A DNA stretch of 64,000 bases, taken from NCBI GenBank assembly GCA_045837725.1, contig JBEWZL010000123.1, forward strand, positions 372,001-436,000, given 5' to 3'. Shown in pieces: positions 63,733-64,000 of the stretch; the stretch's first letter is position 1, and every line of letters starts with the position of its first letter. The stretch is from Vermamoeba vermiformis (taxonomy: Eukaryota). Below the pieces are notes generated by a model. The model had not been told where the DNA came from. It saw only the letters and a program-made list of their open reading frames with translations, and made no database searches. Made by a program: the position numbers and the translations under genes.

Positions 63733-64000
63733 AATTCCAGATTTAAATTTGTGAGCACATCCACGCAAGCGGCTGTTAATTTTCAGAAATTAAATAAGAG
63801 CAATTATAACAAATGACCATCGATCAACGAAGGTTGTTAGAATTGTAGCTTAACACATTTTATTTTTATGACAAGTTTCTGACGTTTTTACAATTTGTGG
63901 TTCGGTTCAGAAAACAGCAAATTATTCAGTTATTGTCGAGCCTTTCTCACGCTAAACACAACACAAGCCATGGAGATAACAGGCCTTGCGTTGAAAGAAG

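Noticed and set aside
1-64000. CRISPR arrays, rRNA or autonomous transposons
   Set aside because: No repeat-spacer arrays, rRNA-like sequence, or transposase/RT motifs were seen.

Overview
A gene-dense, intron-rich eukaryotic region with short GT-AG introns and CTAAC-type branch sites. It is most likely amoebozoan: it has a myoK-type myosin I and a SecG-like ankyrin-Sec7-PH GEF. An apparent U12-type intron argues against a dictyostelid. I assembled about 25 protein-coding genes by hand from exons: a double-DTG aspartyl protease, a LamG receptor kinase, a cellular RdRP, CBM48- and CH-domain charged-helix proteins, a DOMON-EGF protein, an ANK-Sec7-PH-lipase, a RapGAP, SAAL1, four F-box genes, MyoK, a divergent Ran, acetyl-CoA synthetase, an SDR, a chromatin reader, a STAND-type NTPase and a PARN-like nuclease. 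There is also an intronic tRNA-Ala. Five candidates stand out as undescribed biology. (1) Two intron-containing paralogues fuse a phage/giant-virus-like nucleotidyltransferase to an F-box and a Cys/His zinc-binding tail. (2) One protein combines AT-hooks, a Polycomb-like PHD-winged helix and an HP1-type chromo-shadow domain. (3) One protein reads BRCT-RCC1-ankyrin-TIR-like-DUF4062-NACHT. (4) A short element with terminal inverted repeats and an Sm-site-like core occurs twice. (5) The ACS gene appears to encode mitochondrial and peroxisomal/cytosolic isoforms. Exon boundaries and domain calls come from manual motif recognition; no searches were run. A few apparent 1-nt frameshifts may be assembly errors.
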